From positions 1,550,001-1,614,000 of the forward strand of contig CM022674.1 of NCBI GenBank assembly GCA_012295275.1: DNA of 64,000 bases, in the 5' to 3' direction. Positions 13,901 to 27,326 of the stretch are shown here, piece after piece (position 1 is the first letter of the stretch; the number at the start of each line of letters is the position of its first letter). Position numbers and translations under genes: made by a program. Below the pieces are notes generated by a model. It had not been told where the DNA came from, did not search any database, and saw only the letters and a list, made by a program, of their open reading frames with translations. Origin of the DNA: Chrysomallon squamiferum. Lineage: Eukaryota > Animalia > Mollusca.

Positions 13901-16900
13901 GGTTCAGTTTTGGGAACTGGGTTTCAAGCTTTTATCACTGACTGGGACAAAGTGTCAGCTACTGTAAGATTTGTCATATTAATTTTTGTTAAATATCTAT
14001 TTAACACAGTTACAGACAGCAATCTTGGATTGTTATCAATAATATCTGGTCCACAATACCGTACATCTGAAATAAACTAAAACAATAACCTCCATTGCAA
14101 TTTATACTGATAGTCCAGAATTATCATAAACTAAAATTCATTCTCTGTTAACTTTATTTTATATTTTTTAAAGGCTTATAATCACAAACTGGATTTTAGT
14201 ATAATTCAGTTTCTTCACTAATTCTTTTTATTTATTTATTTATTTCTATTTTTAAAGGCTGCTGGTCTTACACTTGTTGCTATTGGAGTTTACGCTGCCA
14301 AATATGGTACAGGGGTTGCAGCAAAATATGTAGAATCCAGACTAGGAAAACCATCACTTGTTAGAGAAACTTCTCGGTTTTCAGCCCTAGAGGCATTCAA
14401 ACATCCAATCAAGGTAATGATAACTGATTCCCATAGCTAAAGTTATGACTGTAATAGAAAATAAGCAGTCTGGCTTAATTATTTGTTTTGGAATTTGTGG
14501 CTAATGGAAGATGAATGTGCAATGTGATTTCAAACAGAAAGTGGAAGTATATGGTTTCTCTTATATCTTTAAAAAAATTCCTTGTTTGTGCTTGTAAATA
14601 TTTATTACTACAATAATAACAAGGCACTCTAAATAATATATGTGTCTGTGTGTGTGTGTGTGTGTATGTATATATATATATATAAAGAAAAATTAATGTG
14701 TTTGATTATTAAGAATAGTTCATTAAGTTATGGCTGTGTTTTGTAAAGGATAAAACAAACAACATAATTGTTCAACCAATGCTGTTACTGCAATATCAGT
14801 TACATACAGTATACAATATCAGTTTATTACAATTAATTGCCAAGTATTTAAATGATTTAAGATCTTTCACTATGTGTTTCATGTAGAACACTTACTGATA
14901 TAGCCTCTTGTAAAAATAGTGCTAAATAACTTTCAAACATGTCTGGAAGTGTGTTCATGACAGTTTGTTACTGATAATGAAAAAGTAGTGTAATTGTTAC
15001 TGGAGAACCTCTTTAATTATTTAATATTTTGAATTTGATATTTTTCTATCAGAATGGTCAAATTTGGTGTTGCTTAAGTTTCCGTATTTAGGTATAGCTT
15101 TTATCTTTTAAAATTATTTTCAGACAGTTTTCTGTGAATTTATTTCTTTCTTTTCAGACTGTCAAACAACTGACTGCAAAACCAGAAGATGCCTTGAAAG
15201 GAATTATCTTAAAAGTAAATGTTAAATGTTTTCTAATAATTGCTATTTGTGTATGTTTATATATACATGTGTGTGTGTGTGTATAGATGTGTGTTAAAGA
15301 TATCACAGACAAACGTGTTATAAAACATCATCAGAAAAGTAATAACTATTACACAGCTATTAGACTGTTGGTTTGAAGTGTCTGTGAATTGAACCTTGGT
15401 TAGTCTGCTGGCTTATTTTTCATTCTTTTCCAGGTTCTCACAACTGTAATTTGGTGTTTAATTTCTTATTAAGGAATGGACATATGTATATTTATCTATA
15501 AATAGAAATCTAATGAATTAAATTAGTTTATTATTTTTGTAACAGCAGATTTCTCTTTGATATCTCATTCTAAAGCTAGATAATATTGTGATGTATAACA
15601 TTAAAATGTGTTATGTCATTAAAACTGAAACGTAAAAATGATTTTACAAACTTGTTTCCCATCATCAGCCAGAGTTAGAAGAAAAACTGAGAGATATTGC
15701 CATAGCAACAAACCATACGAAGAAGAACAAAGGTTTCTATAGAAACATCTTGATGTATGGACCACCTGGAACTGGTAAAACAATGTTTGCTAAAGTGAGT
15801 ACTGTGCCAAAATTTTGTGTCAATTCATTGGATATTTTAACAGTGATGTGAATGTTTTGTCTGTTCTGTGCCCTTAATTCTCTCAGTATTTAAAAAAAAA
15901 AAAAAAAAAAAAAAAAATCATGAAACTTTTTCTCTTTGTGTCTTCCTTCCTTCCTCTGTTTCTTTTCTTTTCTTTAATAAGGAACAGCTCATAAGTCTGA
16001 AAAATTAAAAGTATGTGGATATAGCCATCACGGATTCACCAGTTTTCATGTAGTTTATTTGTTAATTGTTTTGTTATTATTATGTTGTTGTTGTTGTGTG
16101 TTGTAGAGTTTAGCACAGCATTCTGGCATGGACTATGCAATAATGACAGGTGGAGACATTGCACCCATGGGCAAAGAGGGAGTGACCGCTATGCACAAAG
16201 TTTTGACTGGGCTAAAACCAGTAGCCGAGGGTATGTTGAAAATATACTTTGGGTTTTTTAATTCCTATTTATTCATGTAATTGATTGAAATGTGTGTGTG
16301 TGTGTATATAGATATAGACAGGTGTGTATGTATATAGATATAGATGTGTATGTATGCATATGTATGCATATGTGTATCTAGTCACACACACATTCTTGTC
16401 TGAATACGTTTAAGAGGCATAATTAACCTGTTTTTCAGGGTTTTTTTTATTTATGGTGTCATAAGTGTGCTGTTCTTGTCATAATACATTTTTGTAGAAC
16501 TATATATATATAAAAGAAAATATTTTTTGTATATTTATAAAACTGCATTTTATATTTGGTATAATGGACTTGTATGCCAATTATTATTATTATTACACTC
16601 AAACATAATAATTTTTTCACAAGTTAATAAAGAGTTTTTTTATTTTTGTTTCTGTTAGGGTATTGCTGTTTGTAGATGAAGCAGATGCATTTCTGAGAAA
16701 AAGAAGCAAGGTAATTTTATCTCTAGTTTAATATCATGTGTTACAGAACATCCAATCATCAGGCAACTTTATTAGTTGTCATTTCAAGTGTTCTGTTTGT
16801 CTTTAGTATAACTCATTTCATCATAAAACTTACACCCATCATTTTGTAATGTGTACACAGTTCTAAAATATTTCTCAGTTTACTGCATAAGGAATCAAGT

Positions 16901-19374
16901 CTAAAGATTTTGTTTCACCTTTTGAAATATATTGAAGATTGTTATGTTTTCATTAATTAAAGACCGTCCTTAATTGTAATTTCTGTAAAGAAAGTATTAT
17001 TACAAAAATAACGTTATAAATTTTGTTCTTACTTCGATACTGTTATTAAAATGTAATCCATGTAAAACATAAAAAACAAACAAAAAAATAAATATTTTTA
17101 AATTACTTTTGAAACTGAACATTTTTATTCTTATTTATTTAAAAAAATTGTTTTTTAATTTAGATTTTAAATGATATAATAAAATGAATTATTTTTCAGG
17201 AAGTCATTAGTGAAGATATGAGAGCAACTTTAAATGCCTTTTTGTATCGAACGGGTGAACAATCCAAAAAGTAAGTCTGGTTTTGATACTAATCAGATAT
17301 CTAAAAAAAAGTACAATTTGTAGCAACCGAATGGTGTGAAAGGTTTATGATTATCAACAACCATACATTCCACTTATTGCCTTTTGGGTATGAAAAATAT
17401 TTAGTAATTAAAGAGGATCATCATTAGCAATTACATTTCTTCTTCATGAGCAGTAATAGTGTGTCATAAGCATTTCCATGACTACATGCACCACAATGTG
17501 TGACAGTTATTTTGCACTTTTGGGGATTTTAGATTATATAAAGGGCTATCAGCTTGTCACCATATATATATATATATATATATATTCTAGAACAATGATA
17601 CATTGGGCAAAAGTTTAAACTATTTATTTGTGCCTTGCCCTTCTTGATTATGAATTGTAATAAACTGATGGTGTATGTAACTGATATTTTCAGGTTTATG
17701 CTAGTACTGACTAAACTGATGATGCATGTAGTATGTAACTGGTATTAGTGCTGGCTAGTAATCAACCGGAGCAGTTTGACTGGGCTATCAATGACCGTAT
17801 TGATGAGATGGTTGAATTTGAGGTGCCCAGTCTTGAAGAGCGAGAGAGAATGGTCAGGCACTACTTTGAGAAGTACATCTTGCAGCCTGCAGCAGAAAGA
17901 GCCAAGTAAGTGAAAACTTGGTGCTACATTTACATGTGTTTCTTATTACTTGAGTATTTAATTTTGTGTTGGTTTTCAATACATTTATATGTGTTTCTTA
18001 TTACTTGTGTATTTAATTTTGTGTTGGTTTTCAATACATTTACATGTTTCTTATTACTTGTGTATTTAATTTTGTGTTGAGCTGTTCATTTGCATTTCCT
18101 TTGCTTCACCTGTCTCCATATTTCTTCCCCTTAGTTCCTAAGATATTCAGTGTCTTACCCATTCGTCCTGATTATTTCTTCATTTTTCTCTTTGTCTCTT
18201 TTCCTCAGGCTCTATTTCCACATTTACTCTCATTCTTTGTCTGTCCATACTTTTGTCTGTCTACAGCTGGCTATTCTTCATTCATTTACTGTAAAACTAT
18301 CTGTCTATCTTTACTCCCTCTATTCCTGTCTTTACAAGACATGATATGGAAATCATTAGCACATTCATCTGAGGATTTTTGTAAACTTGTAACATAAAAA
18401 AAATGTATATTTAAAATGTAGTTATAATAAAATAAATTGCAGAATATGATTTCTTTACTAGAAGTTGTTAAAATTATTTCACATATATATATATATATTT
18501 TTTTTTTTTTTTATTAAAATTCAATCATAATTACAGACGTCTGAAAGTGGAGCAGTTTGATTACGGCAAAAAGTGTTCAGAAATAGCTAAAAAAATAGAG
18601 GGTCTCTCTGGAAGAGAAATTTCCAAACTTGGAGTTGCTTGGCAGGTAAAAAGTGACCAGTGACTGAAACATAGAAATAAACAAACGTATAGAAGATTCT
18701 GACAGTGAAAGTTGAAATCTTTAATCATCAGCAGATGTTTTTATATTGTGTTTTATATTTATTTCAACATTTTCATTTCCTTAACTGCAAAAGTTTCTGA
18801 TTAAAGCACATGTACTGGTATACAGTGAGATAAATTTGGTAAATTATTATTTAAAAAGTCTGTTAAAAGAAATTATATTTTTATAACATCATTTAGAAAA
18901 AAGTTAAGTACCATTGAAATTAACAATGTTAATTCTCATCAGAAACCTTTTCAGCGATGACTTTAGTTTCTTAATTTTTGTTTAATAATGTATCTCAAAG
19001 TATTTCACTCTGTTGTGGGTTAATTAAAAAAATTGTTACGCTTTATATATTGATATTTTATGTTAATAATTTCTCTCAATGTTAATATTATTTAAACATT
19101 ATCTTGTATCAGTCTTGCCTGATGTTAATGTTATGTTAAAGTTTGTGTTAATGTTTGTTTTAATTCGCAGGCGCGAGCGTACTCCTCTGACGACGGTATC
19201 CTCACAGAGAAAATGATTGATGAAATTGTCCAGGACGCCATCAAGCAGCACAAGAAGAAGGTTGCCTGGCAACAGGAGCAGGAAATGGGACAGTCGGGGG
19301 AATCGTACAAGTCAGCGAAAGACGCTGCCTCTTATTACGCACCAGCGTACAAAACTAAATCAGGTGACACATGA
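10967..19374 (+). CDS. ATAD3: ATPase family AAA domain-containing protein 3 (mitochondrial)
   Basis: Exons 10967-11156, 11735-11811, 12217-12378, 13016-13085, 13297-13462, 13894-13963, 14258-14413, 15158-15214, 15669-15794, 16107-16230, 16659-16710, 17200-17270, 17694-17905, 18537-18645, 19171-19374. MSWLFGIK N-terminus, [13 protein letters not shown], coiled coils, [13 protein letters not shown], Walker A GPPGTGKT, Walker [41 protein letters not shown]. Apparent defects at 16201 (-1) and 17704-17747 (+44). Confidence 0.97.
17925..18080. repeat. 55-bp tandem repeat just downstream of the ATAD3 exon 13 donor
   Basis: Units start at 17925, 17980 and 18035 (TACATTTACATGTGTTTCTTATTACTTG...). Confidence 0.85.
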
Positions 19375-22320
19375 TGCTGAGTGGTCTAGACTTGTCTAAA
19401 CTTGTCTGTCTCTCAGAGAGAGAGAGAGCGAGAGATTGTATTCATATGCAGGAATGTAACTGAAAGTGACCTTACCTTCAGGAATTCGTTATATTGAATT
19501 CATTGGGAGTAAAGAAGAAAAACCCATCATCAACTACAGTATTTAATTTTTCACTTTTCATAGAAATTGAAACTAGTACATTTTTTTTCCACATGCTTTA
19601 CTGCATAAATTCGTATCTGTGACAGAAAATGGAGAAATGACTGAGATTAAGAAGGACAGTTGTAATACTGGTGCATACAGAGTTCATTTTTTACTGACCA
19701 GTTTTACAAATTCAGTTCTCTGTATGCACATTCACAGCCACGAATCCATTTTTCATGATTTTGTAATAAATGGAGAATGAAATTGGCATGCAAGAACCTT
19801 CTATGTACCCAGATAATCAAAAAAGTTAACTATTTTGTGATATAAATTAGTAATAATAAGAACTAATAACATTAAACTGTAAAAAAAAAAATAATAATAA
19901 AAAAGAATAAAAGATTTTCCAAATAGTGTCAGTACAACTAATTTTGGCAGGTAGGGTCACACAGTAATAATGGAAACCAGACCAGAGTGTGTGTAAATGT
20001 CTGATATTCACATGATATTCTACCTGGTGTCTCTGACTCATTGTGTCTGGAACCAGTTGTTGTTGTGGAATCCTTTCTTCTCAGTGCAATTTTCTACAGA
20101 ATAGAGTACCCTGTAACATCAGGCCAGAATAGCATTTATCATTATCATCATTATAATCATTTTTTATATATATACACAGACATATTTTTTTTCTCTCTCT
20201 CTACTAATCAGAATGTATGTATAAAGAATAAAAAAAAATTAAAAAAAAATTAGCAGTTTAGTAAATTTTTATAATTATATTTGAAAATGATGACTGTTTT
20301 TATTTATTTTATATTAATATTTTTTATTATTACTGTTACTGCCATATTATTTTATTTTATTTTATTTATTTTTTTAAAGATATATTTTATAGCTGAATAG
20401 TTTAAAAGCAACATACAGAAAGTTATAATTCTAAATGATCATGCCTAGCAATAGAAGCTTTCATATATGCATATATTTTTTTTTTATAAACTTTATATTT
20501 TGCTGTATAATTCTATAAAACAAATTAGAATTAATATTTGCATTTATTTACACATTGAACCTGATTTTTTTTAAAATTATTATTTTACTGGAATTGAGTT
20601 ACACATTCATGAACTTTCCTTTGCAGAAATGTTTAAATGTGTGTATAAATGCTTTAATTTAATTCACACTGGCTTTTTTTTATCCAGAGTTCAGAATATA
20701 TTTACATTTTGTTTCCTTTTTTTTCTTCTTTTTTTTCTTTATTTTATTAAATGAAACTCAGTTTATTCATTTTTTTTATTCCTAAGTTTCCTTACAAACA
20801 TAAATTTTATTATTATTATTATTTTTAAATTATAAAGTTTCTCACTTGAAGTTTAAAAGCAGGCAGTATCAGCCTCAGTTTTATTTTTCTTAAATTGCAG
20901 CTAAAGACTGAGTCAAAGTGAAAATACTAATAATGGTGTTGTACAATAATTATAAATTGTAAGTACCATCTGCAGTTAAAAATGGTGAATCCCCAGCATT
21001 TTCAGTTGCAGTTTTTAAAGATAATATTATAGTATTAATCTCTCTGAACTGTGAAATACATAGAAAATAATTAATATAGTCTATAGCTTTTTCTCTCCTT
21101 GAAATGGTTTCAAGAATTAGATATTATTATTAGAAAGGTTTATATATTATATATTGCTTTGCTAGCCTTTGCAGTTGTTTTTATACCAGTTATATATTAT
21201 TTTTATTTCTATTTGATATAAAACATTATATTAAAATATTTTTCAAAGTACTTTTTTATTTCTTCTTCTTCTTATTATTTTTTTTGGTATTTATTAGATA
21301 CAATAACAATTAAAATGTTGATGCATAAACAAATCACATTTTAGTGAAAAAAAATTAAAAGTTTCAAAGATCTGCCTAACAAGACCAAATGCTGAAAAGT
21401 ATCTCAGTTTTTACAACAAAATTTATTTCAGTAACCCATTCCAAATACACCTATTCTTTGTTCTCAGGACTGTCTCACTCACTGTGAAGCAGAAAGAGAG
21501 AGAAGTTTATCAGTGCTTCCACATCAGTTTGTGATGAAAAATGTGAACTGCAGTTTATCAGTGATTCTTTATTCTTTGATATTTTTTTTTTTGTATGTAG
21601 AGAGCATCTGACACTGTGCATGTCCTTCTAATTCTCATTTACATAAACAGTATGTGTAGATCATTTCAACTAAAATTAGTCATTCAGTTTGACAAAACAT
21701 TCATACATTGATTCATGTAGTAGTACTAGCACAAACAAAACCCATAATTCACATTTACAGAAACACTCACGCACACACATGCATACACATGCACACACAT
21801 GATAATTAAAGTCTAGTGCTTCACTGATAGCAGTCAGTTTGTGAACCCGATGTTAAAACCAGGCAGGACATCACATACCACCACATTAACATAGTCTTCA
21901 TCATTATCTTAGACTTCATCATTGCCTAAGACAATTTTTGATTATAAATCTGGTTAAAAACACACAACAGAACCTTTTACTGAAAAATCAAAATAGGTTA
22001 ACTGTTTGAATATTTTTTAAGATACTTTTTTGTATTTATTTTACTATTATTATTATATATTTCTTTTTTTTATAAATTTTTAAAATCCATACTTTCATAT
22101 ATATAATCATGTATGCCATTTTGACATCTACTAAAGTTATGATAGTTTTTTTCATTTACTTCATTAAGTCTGTCAAAAGATTCTTATATTTCTGTTATTT
22201 TTTTCATGTTCCAGTCATTGCTCCACGTTTGTAGCAGTATTCACAAACTTCTGTGTATAAAAGATCCCTTGAATAACTTATGAAACGGTAGCAAAATATT
22301 TTTTTTCACTTTATTATTTA

Positions 22321-22365
<45 letters not shown>

Positions 22366-23037
22366 AATATTCAGATATCACACTGATCATGAGAAATTAG
22401 TAAAAATTATAAACTCCATGCTTCTTTATTATTAACAAAGGTTTATGTTTATTTACAAAACTGTCACCAAGTACTCAAGGCTTATTAAAGTCATCTTAAT
22501 TAAAGACATGAAGGTTTTATTTTCTGATAAATATTTCTGTACATTTTCTTGTATGATAAATTTAAATTTGGCAGGACCATGGTGAAACATATGTAGATAG
22601 TAATTAAACTTTTAAAATTGTAAAATTGTACTGCACATTTCTAAGCATCTTTATTGCATTTTCAGTTATTCATTGAGCATAGTCTATATATATATATATA
22701 TATATATAAAAATGTGGAAATAAGAAAATGATAAATATTTGATAAGTTTTGAAATATATTTTAATAAAGGTATTTTATTTTCGAAAATTTATTATTAATT
22801 CTTTTTTATTTTTTTTTTTTTTAAAATTTTAAATTTTTTTTTTTATGAATGGCAACATAATACAGGTTTGAAAATGTAATATAAATTTTACAAATTGAGA
22901 AAAGAACAGAATAATAAAATATGTTGATGTAGATCACATCCAAAAATAAACAGAAGATTATCAAATCTACTTTGGGGTGATCATTTTCACATTTGAACCT
23001 TTCTTTGCTGCCTGTTTCTGTTTGTGCATTTTAGCTA

Positions 23038-23099
23038 AACTCATCTAATCTAGATGTTAAATCCACAATAAAGATACTGATCTACTTTCTCAAAAACCT
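23038..23099. repeat. About 60-bp direct repeat, copy 1 (copy 2 at 25086-25147)
   Basis: AACTCATCTAATCTAGATGTTAAATCCACwATAAAGATACTGATCTACTTTCTCAAAAACCT, one mismatch between copies. Confidence 0.85.
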
Positions 23100-23409
23100 A
23101 CATCTGCATCTGCATTTATGAATAACGGAGTACATATTTATGTAAAATATGCTTATTGGTACCTTTATTCTGTACAATTGTACTATCATATTTTTCATTA
23201 CATAGTTTGTGTGGATCGAATGCTGTGTGAATATCATCAGAAAAAAAGAAGAAAAAAAAGTAAAAAATAAATGAATAAAAACTAACAAAAACTTGATTTG
23301 TTTGTAGGGGGTCTTGTTATATTTTTAACTGCTTCATAGTGGGATCTTACAAGACATTAAGTTCATAAAAACTTGAGTGCACAAGTATATGTATACACAC
23401 ATCAAACAC

Positions 23410-23442
<33 letters not shown>

Positions 23443-23593
23443 TGCATTCATTCATTCAACAGATACATCATCAATAATGTATATTGTACCTTCAGAAGTT
23501 AATTTATATTCTTCTGAACTTAAAATTGTCTCTTATTAACATCACTGGAAAATAATTATTAATAAACATCGTTAATTTTTTTTTATTTATTTA

Positions 23594-23635
<42 letters not shown>

Positions 23636-24159
23636 TGATAGATAATGTATAAAATAGTAATTAAAAAATTTCAGCAGTTCAAAAATGCATGCAAGACTGG
23701 GTCTTATTTAAAAAAAAATATATATATTCCCCACGCGTGATACATTTATAAATACTAACGTAAGACATTTATTTATTTATTTAACTGACTGTTCGTAGCG
23801 CCAGCTTGTAACAGATATTGAGTTATTTATAACATGTAATGAGTATTGCTATTGTGTTTACTTTTGAAAAAAAAAACAACTTACCAAATTACCTCGCATT
23901 TAAACATATAAATAGAACGCAACTGTCAATAAATCAAAGATGACGTCCATGACTCATTGACTGGTATCCATTTTATCACCAGTTTGATTGGATGTGCGCA
24001 GTCATGGCGTTCGATAATGTGTTTGCTTCTGTTGTTTCGACGTGGGGGGTAGAGAGGGAGAGAGAGAGAGAGATACTGATCTTTATTAACAGTGGTTTGT
24101 TACTTGCAAACTTGACAACGCATTCTGCTAATTTCAAAACAGTAACGAAGCTATCTCTA

Positions 24160-24223
<64 letters not shown>

Positions 24224-24775
24224 TATTCACGTTTCCGCACTCTACTTAAACTGTCACATTTCCACAGACGTGTTCTTGCCACGCTTCTTGTTTTTCTAAA
24301 TTTATCACAGCTTTTTATCGATGTTACACGTTTACACATAAACATGACTGCCACGTCCTTGAACGACAGTGTGACAAAAATCTTTGTTTCGTTGCTTTTA
24401 TTCTTTATAAAAGAATCATGACGGCAATCAAAGAATGTTTGTATGTGTGTGTGTCTAGCAACATGAGTGAATGGTTTATTTTCGTCTTCGGAGGTTTTGT
24501 GATTGACATTTCGAGCAGAACTCAAAACATAGAGGTCTTGAGATTTTTTAATGAAGCGAAAAAAAAAATTAAAAAAAAAATAATAATAATAAAAAAAATT
24601 AAGCAATAATAAATAATTAGATGCAGACAAAAAATAACACTATACATTACATACATATACATACAAAATAAACGATTAATTATTTTCAAATTCATTATAT
24701 ATATGTAAACTGTTTATAATATCGTTATAAATTAACACACATTTACGATACTATAAAACAAACACATAATGAAGC

Positions 24776-24845
<70 letters not shown>

Positions 24846-25042
24846 AAAAATAAAAACTAATTACGTAATTCTTATTCATTTATAAATATAATTACATGTA
24901 AACCTTGAATGAACACAATTTAAAAACCTTCGGCTTTAATATAAAGCATTTATACAATTAAATGAATATAAAAAAAAAAAAAATAAAAAAATAACAAAAC
25001 CAAAACATAAAAACAATGTAATAATACTGTTGGTTAGTAAAC

Positions 25043-25078
<36 letters not shown>

Positions 25079-25440
25079 TAATAATAACTCATCTAATCTA
25101 GATGTTAAATCCACTATAAAGATACTGATCTACTTTCTCAAAAACCTTGTTAAAATATGAAACGATTTAACATCTTCATGCCTGTATCCAGAACAAAGTT
25201 TCCATAATTTTCAATATGGAAAATACGTATTTATTATATATACACATTATGTTAAGTTTGTGAGCAATACATTACATTCGTATGTAAAACACTTGATCCG
25301 TCATCGATATTTTTCACACTAAAGTGATACACTACACTTTTATACAGTACGTTAGATTCATATTGATGCGTCTCTTTGGTATTCGATTTTACATCTTTAT
25401 GCGCTATATTATATTCGTATTCGATACGTTACCTTCGTAA

Positions 25441-25491
25441 ACACACAACCCCCAGAACTAATCCACGTATATTTTTGAATGGTGTTTCTAG

Positions 25492-25565
<74 letters not shown>

Positions 25566-25885
25566 ATATGTATGGTTATATGTATGTATATATGAATTTA
25601 TGCGTGTATGTATTCGAAAACATATCACTTTGAATTTAAATTATACACACACACACACACAGACATACATACACACACACAACACTCTTAAAATGAAGTA
25701 TAATTGTAGATATATGTGAGAATACTTATATATATAAATACATATGTATATATATATCTGTATAGGTATCAATTTCAGTTTTATATAACAATTCTATTTT
25801 CGAATTTAGAAATACACACATCAGACAAAAAAGCATGCATACACATGTACACACACATACATGCATACATGTATGCAAGAATATA
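25441..25885. repeat. About 450-bp dispersed duplicate of the EF-hand gene intron sequence (33480-33950)
   Basis: Shared blocks in the same order and orientation: CCCCCAGAACTAATCCACGTATATTT..GAATGGTGTTTCTA, GTATTCGAAAACATATCAC, AATTTCAGTTTTATATAACAATTCT, CGAATTTAGAAATACACA. Confidence 0.8.
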
Positions 25886-26666
25886 TTATTTAATTTGTTA
25901 CATTCACCATGTTAGGTTCCTATTGGATATACTGCCTTTGTATTCGAAGTGTTCCATTCGTATTCGAAATCTTCCTTTAAATTTGATGTTATATTCGTTT
26001 TTTGACACGTAATATTTCATATTCGTAATATTACACTTGCATTTAATACGTTACATTCGTATTCTGTATTTTCCTTTCATATTCGATACGTTACTTTTGT
26101 TACCCATGTATTACACCCACATTCACTAAGACTTTATTTGCCCTCCGATTTCTTTGTAATGAAGGAGTAGTAACATTCGTATTAGTGGAGTTAACTCATT
26201 TTGATTTTCACATCAATACGTGTTATGTTATTTTCGTATTTTTAATGTTACATTTGCATTCATTGTGTCAGATTAATTTTTTACTGTGTAGCTTTCACGT
26301 TCACTGTTTGACCGTGTTGTAACTTTACCCGAAATGTTACAATAGCTTCAGTTTGTAACACTCTAAATTGAATTGGTATTCAACGTTACGTTTCAACGTT
26401 TAACCGACTTGTAATTTATGTGTGTTACATTTACGTTACTCTCTTAAATGCGTAACGTTAGAATTTTTCTGATATTGAGAAACAGTAAAAATTAAAAGAA
26501 AAAAAGAAAAAAGAAAAAAACGGGTGACATTCATTACTAGACGTTTAACAAACTGACTAAGTGTTCACAATAAAAACATAATGTTCCGAGAATGTATACA
26601 CTAATGTATTAATAAGCTAACTAACTAACTAACTAACAAACTAACTAACAAACAAACTAACAAACA

Positions 26667-26747
<81 letters not shown>

Positions 26748-27326
26748 GTAATAAATCAACCTTATTATTATTATTATTATTATAATAAAAAACAACAATA
26801 ACAATAATAATAACAATAACAATAACAACAATAACAACCATAAAAATAACAATAATCAAAGAGAACTGTATACGCCTTTCTCCTATAAGAATTCAATCCC
26901 TGAACCTAGGTTTTTAAAAAAAAGAGCTTGACTATTATGTGTTTTAAAATTTAGAAATCTTGTTAACTGATTATTTGCGTAGATCAGTGTCGTTTTTAAC
27001 CAAAACCTAAACAAGTTGCGGCTGAGGGTAGAAAAAAACTGAGATTTCCTTTTGAAACAAGAGGCCTGTAAGCTTTATAAATCTTGGGACCTCCAACCTT
27101 ATGTATCTTCAGCTCTCTAAGTTTTATATATCTTAGGGCCTGTAAGATTTATGTGTATCTTGGGTTCTTCAAGGTGACACATCTTCAGTTCTATGAATTT
27201 TATATATCTTATGGCTTCGAAGCTGTATATGTCTCGGGGCTTCAGGGTTTTAATGTATGCTAAGGCCACAGCAAATCTGAAAACGGCAGAGAGTGTGTCT
27301 AGAATTCCCTTCACTCAAGGTACTGG

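Noticed and set aside
10967-19374. ATAD3 or the CDF gene as true pseudogenes
   Set aside because: Otherwise intact, conserved exons and splice sites; defects occur at T-runs or a tandem duplication, typical of assembly error, though unproven without reads
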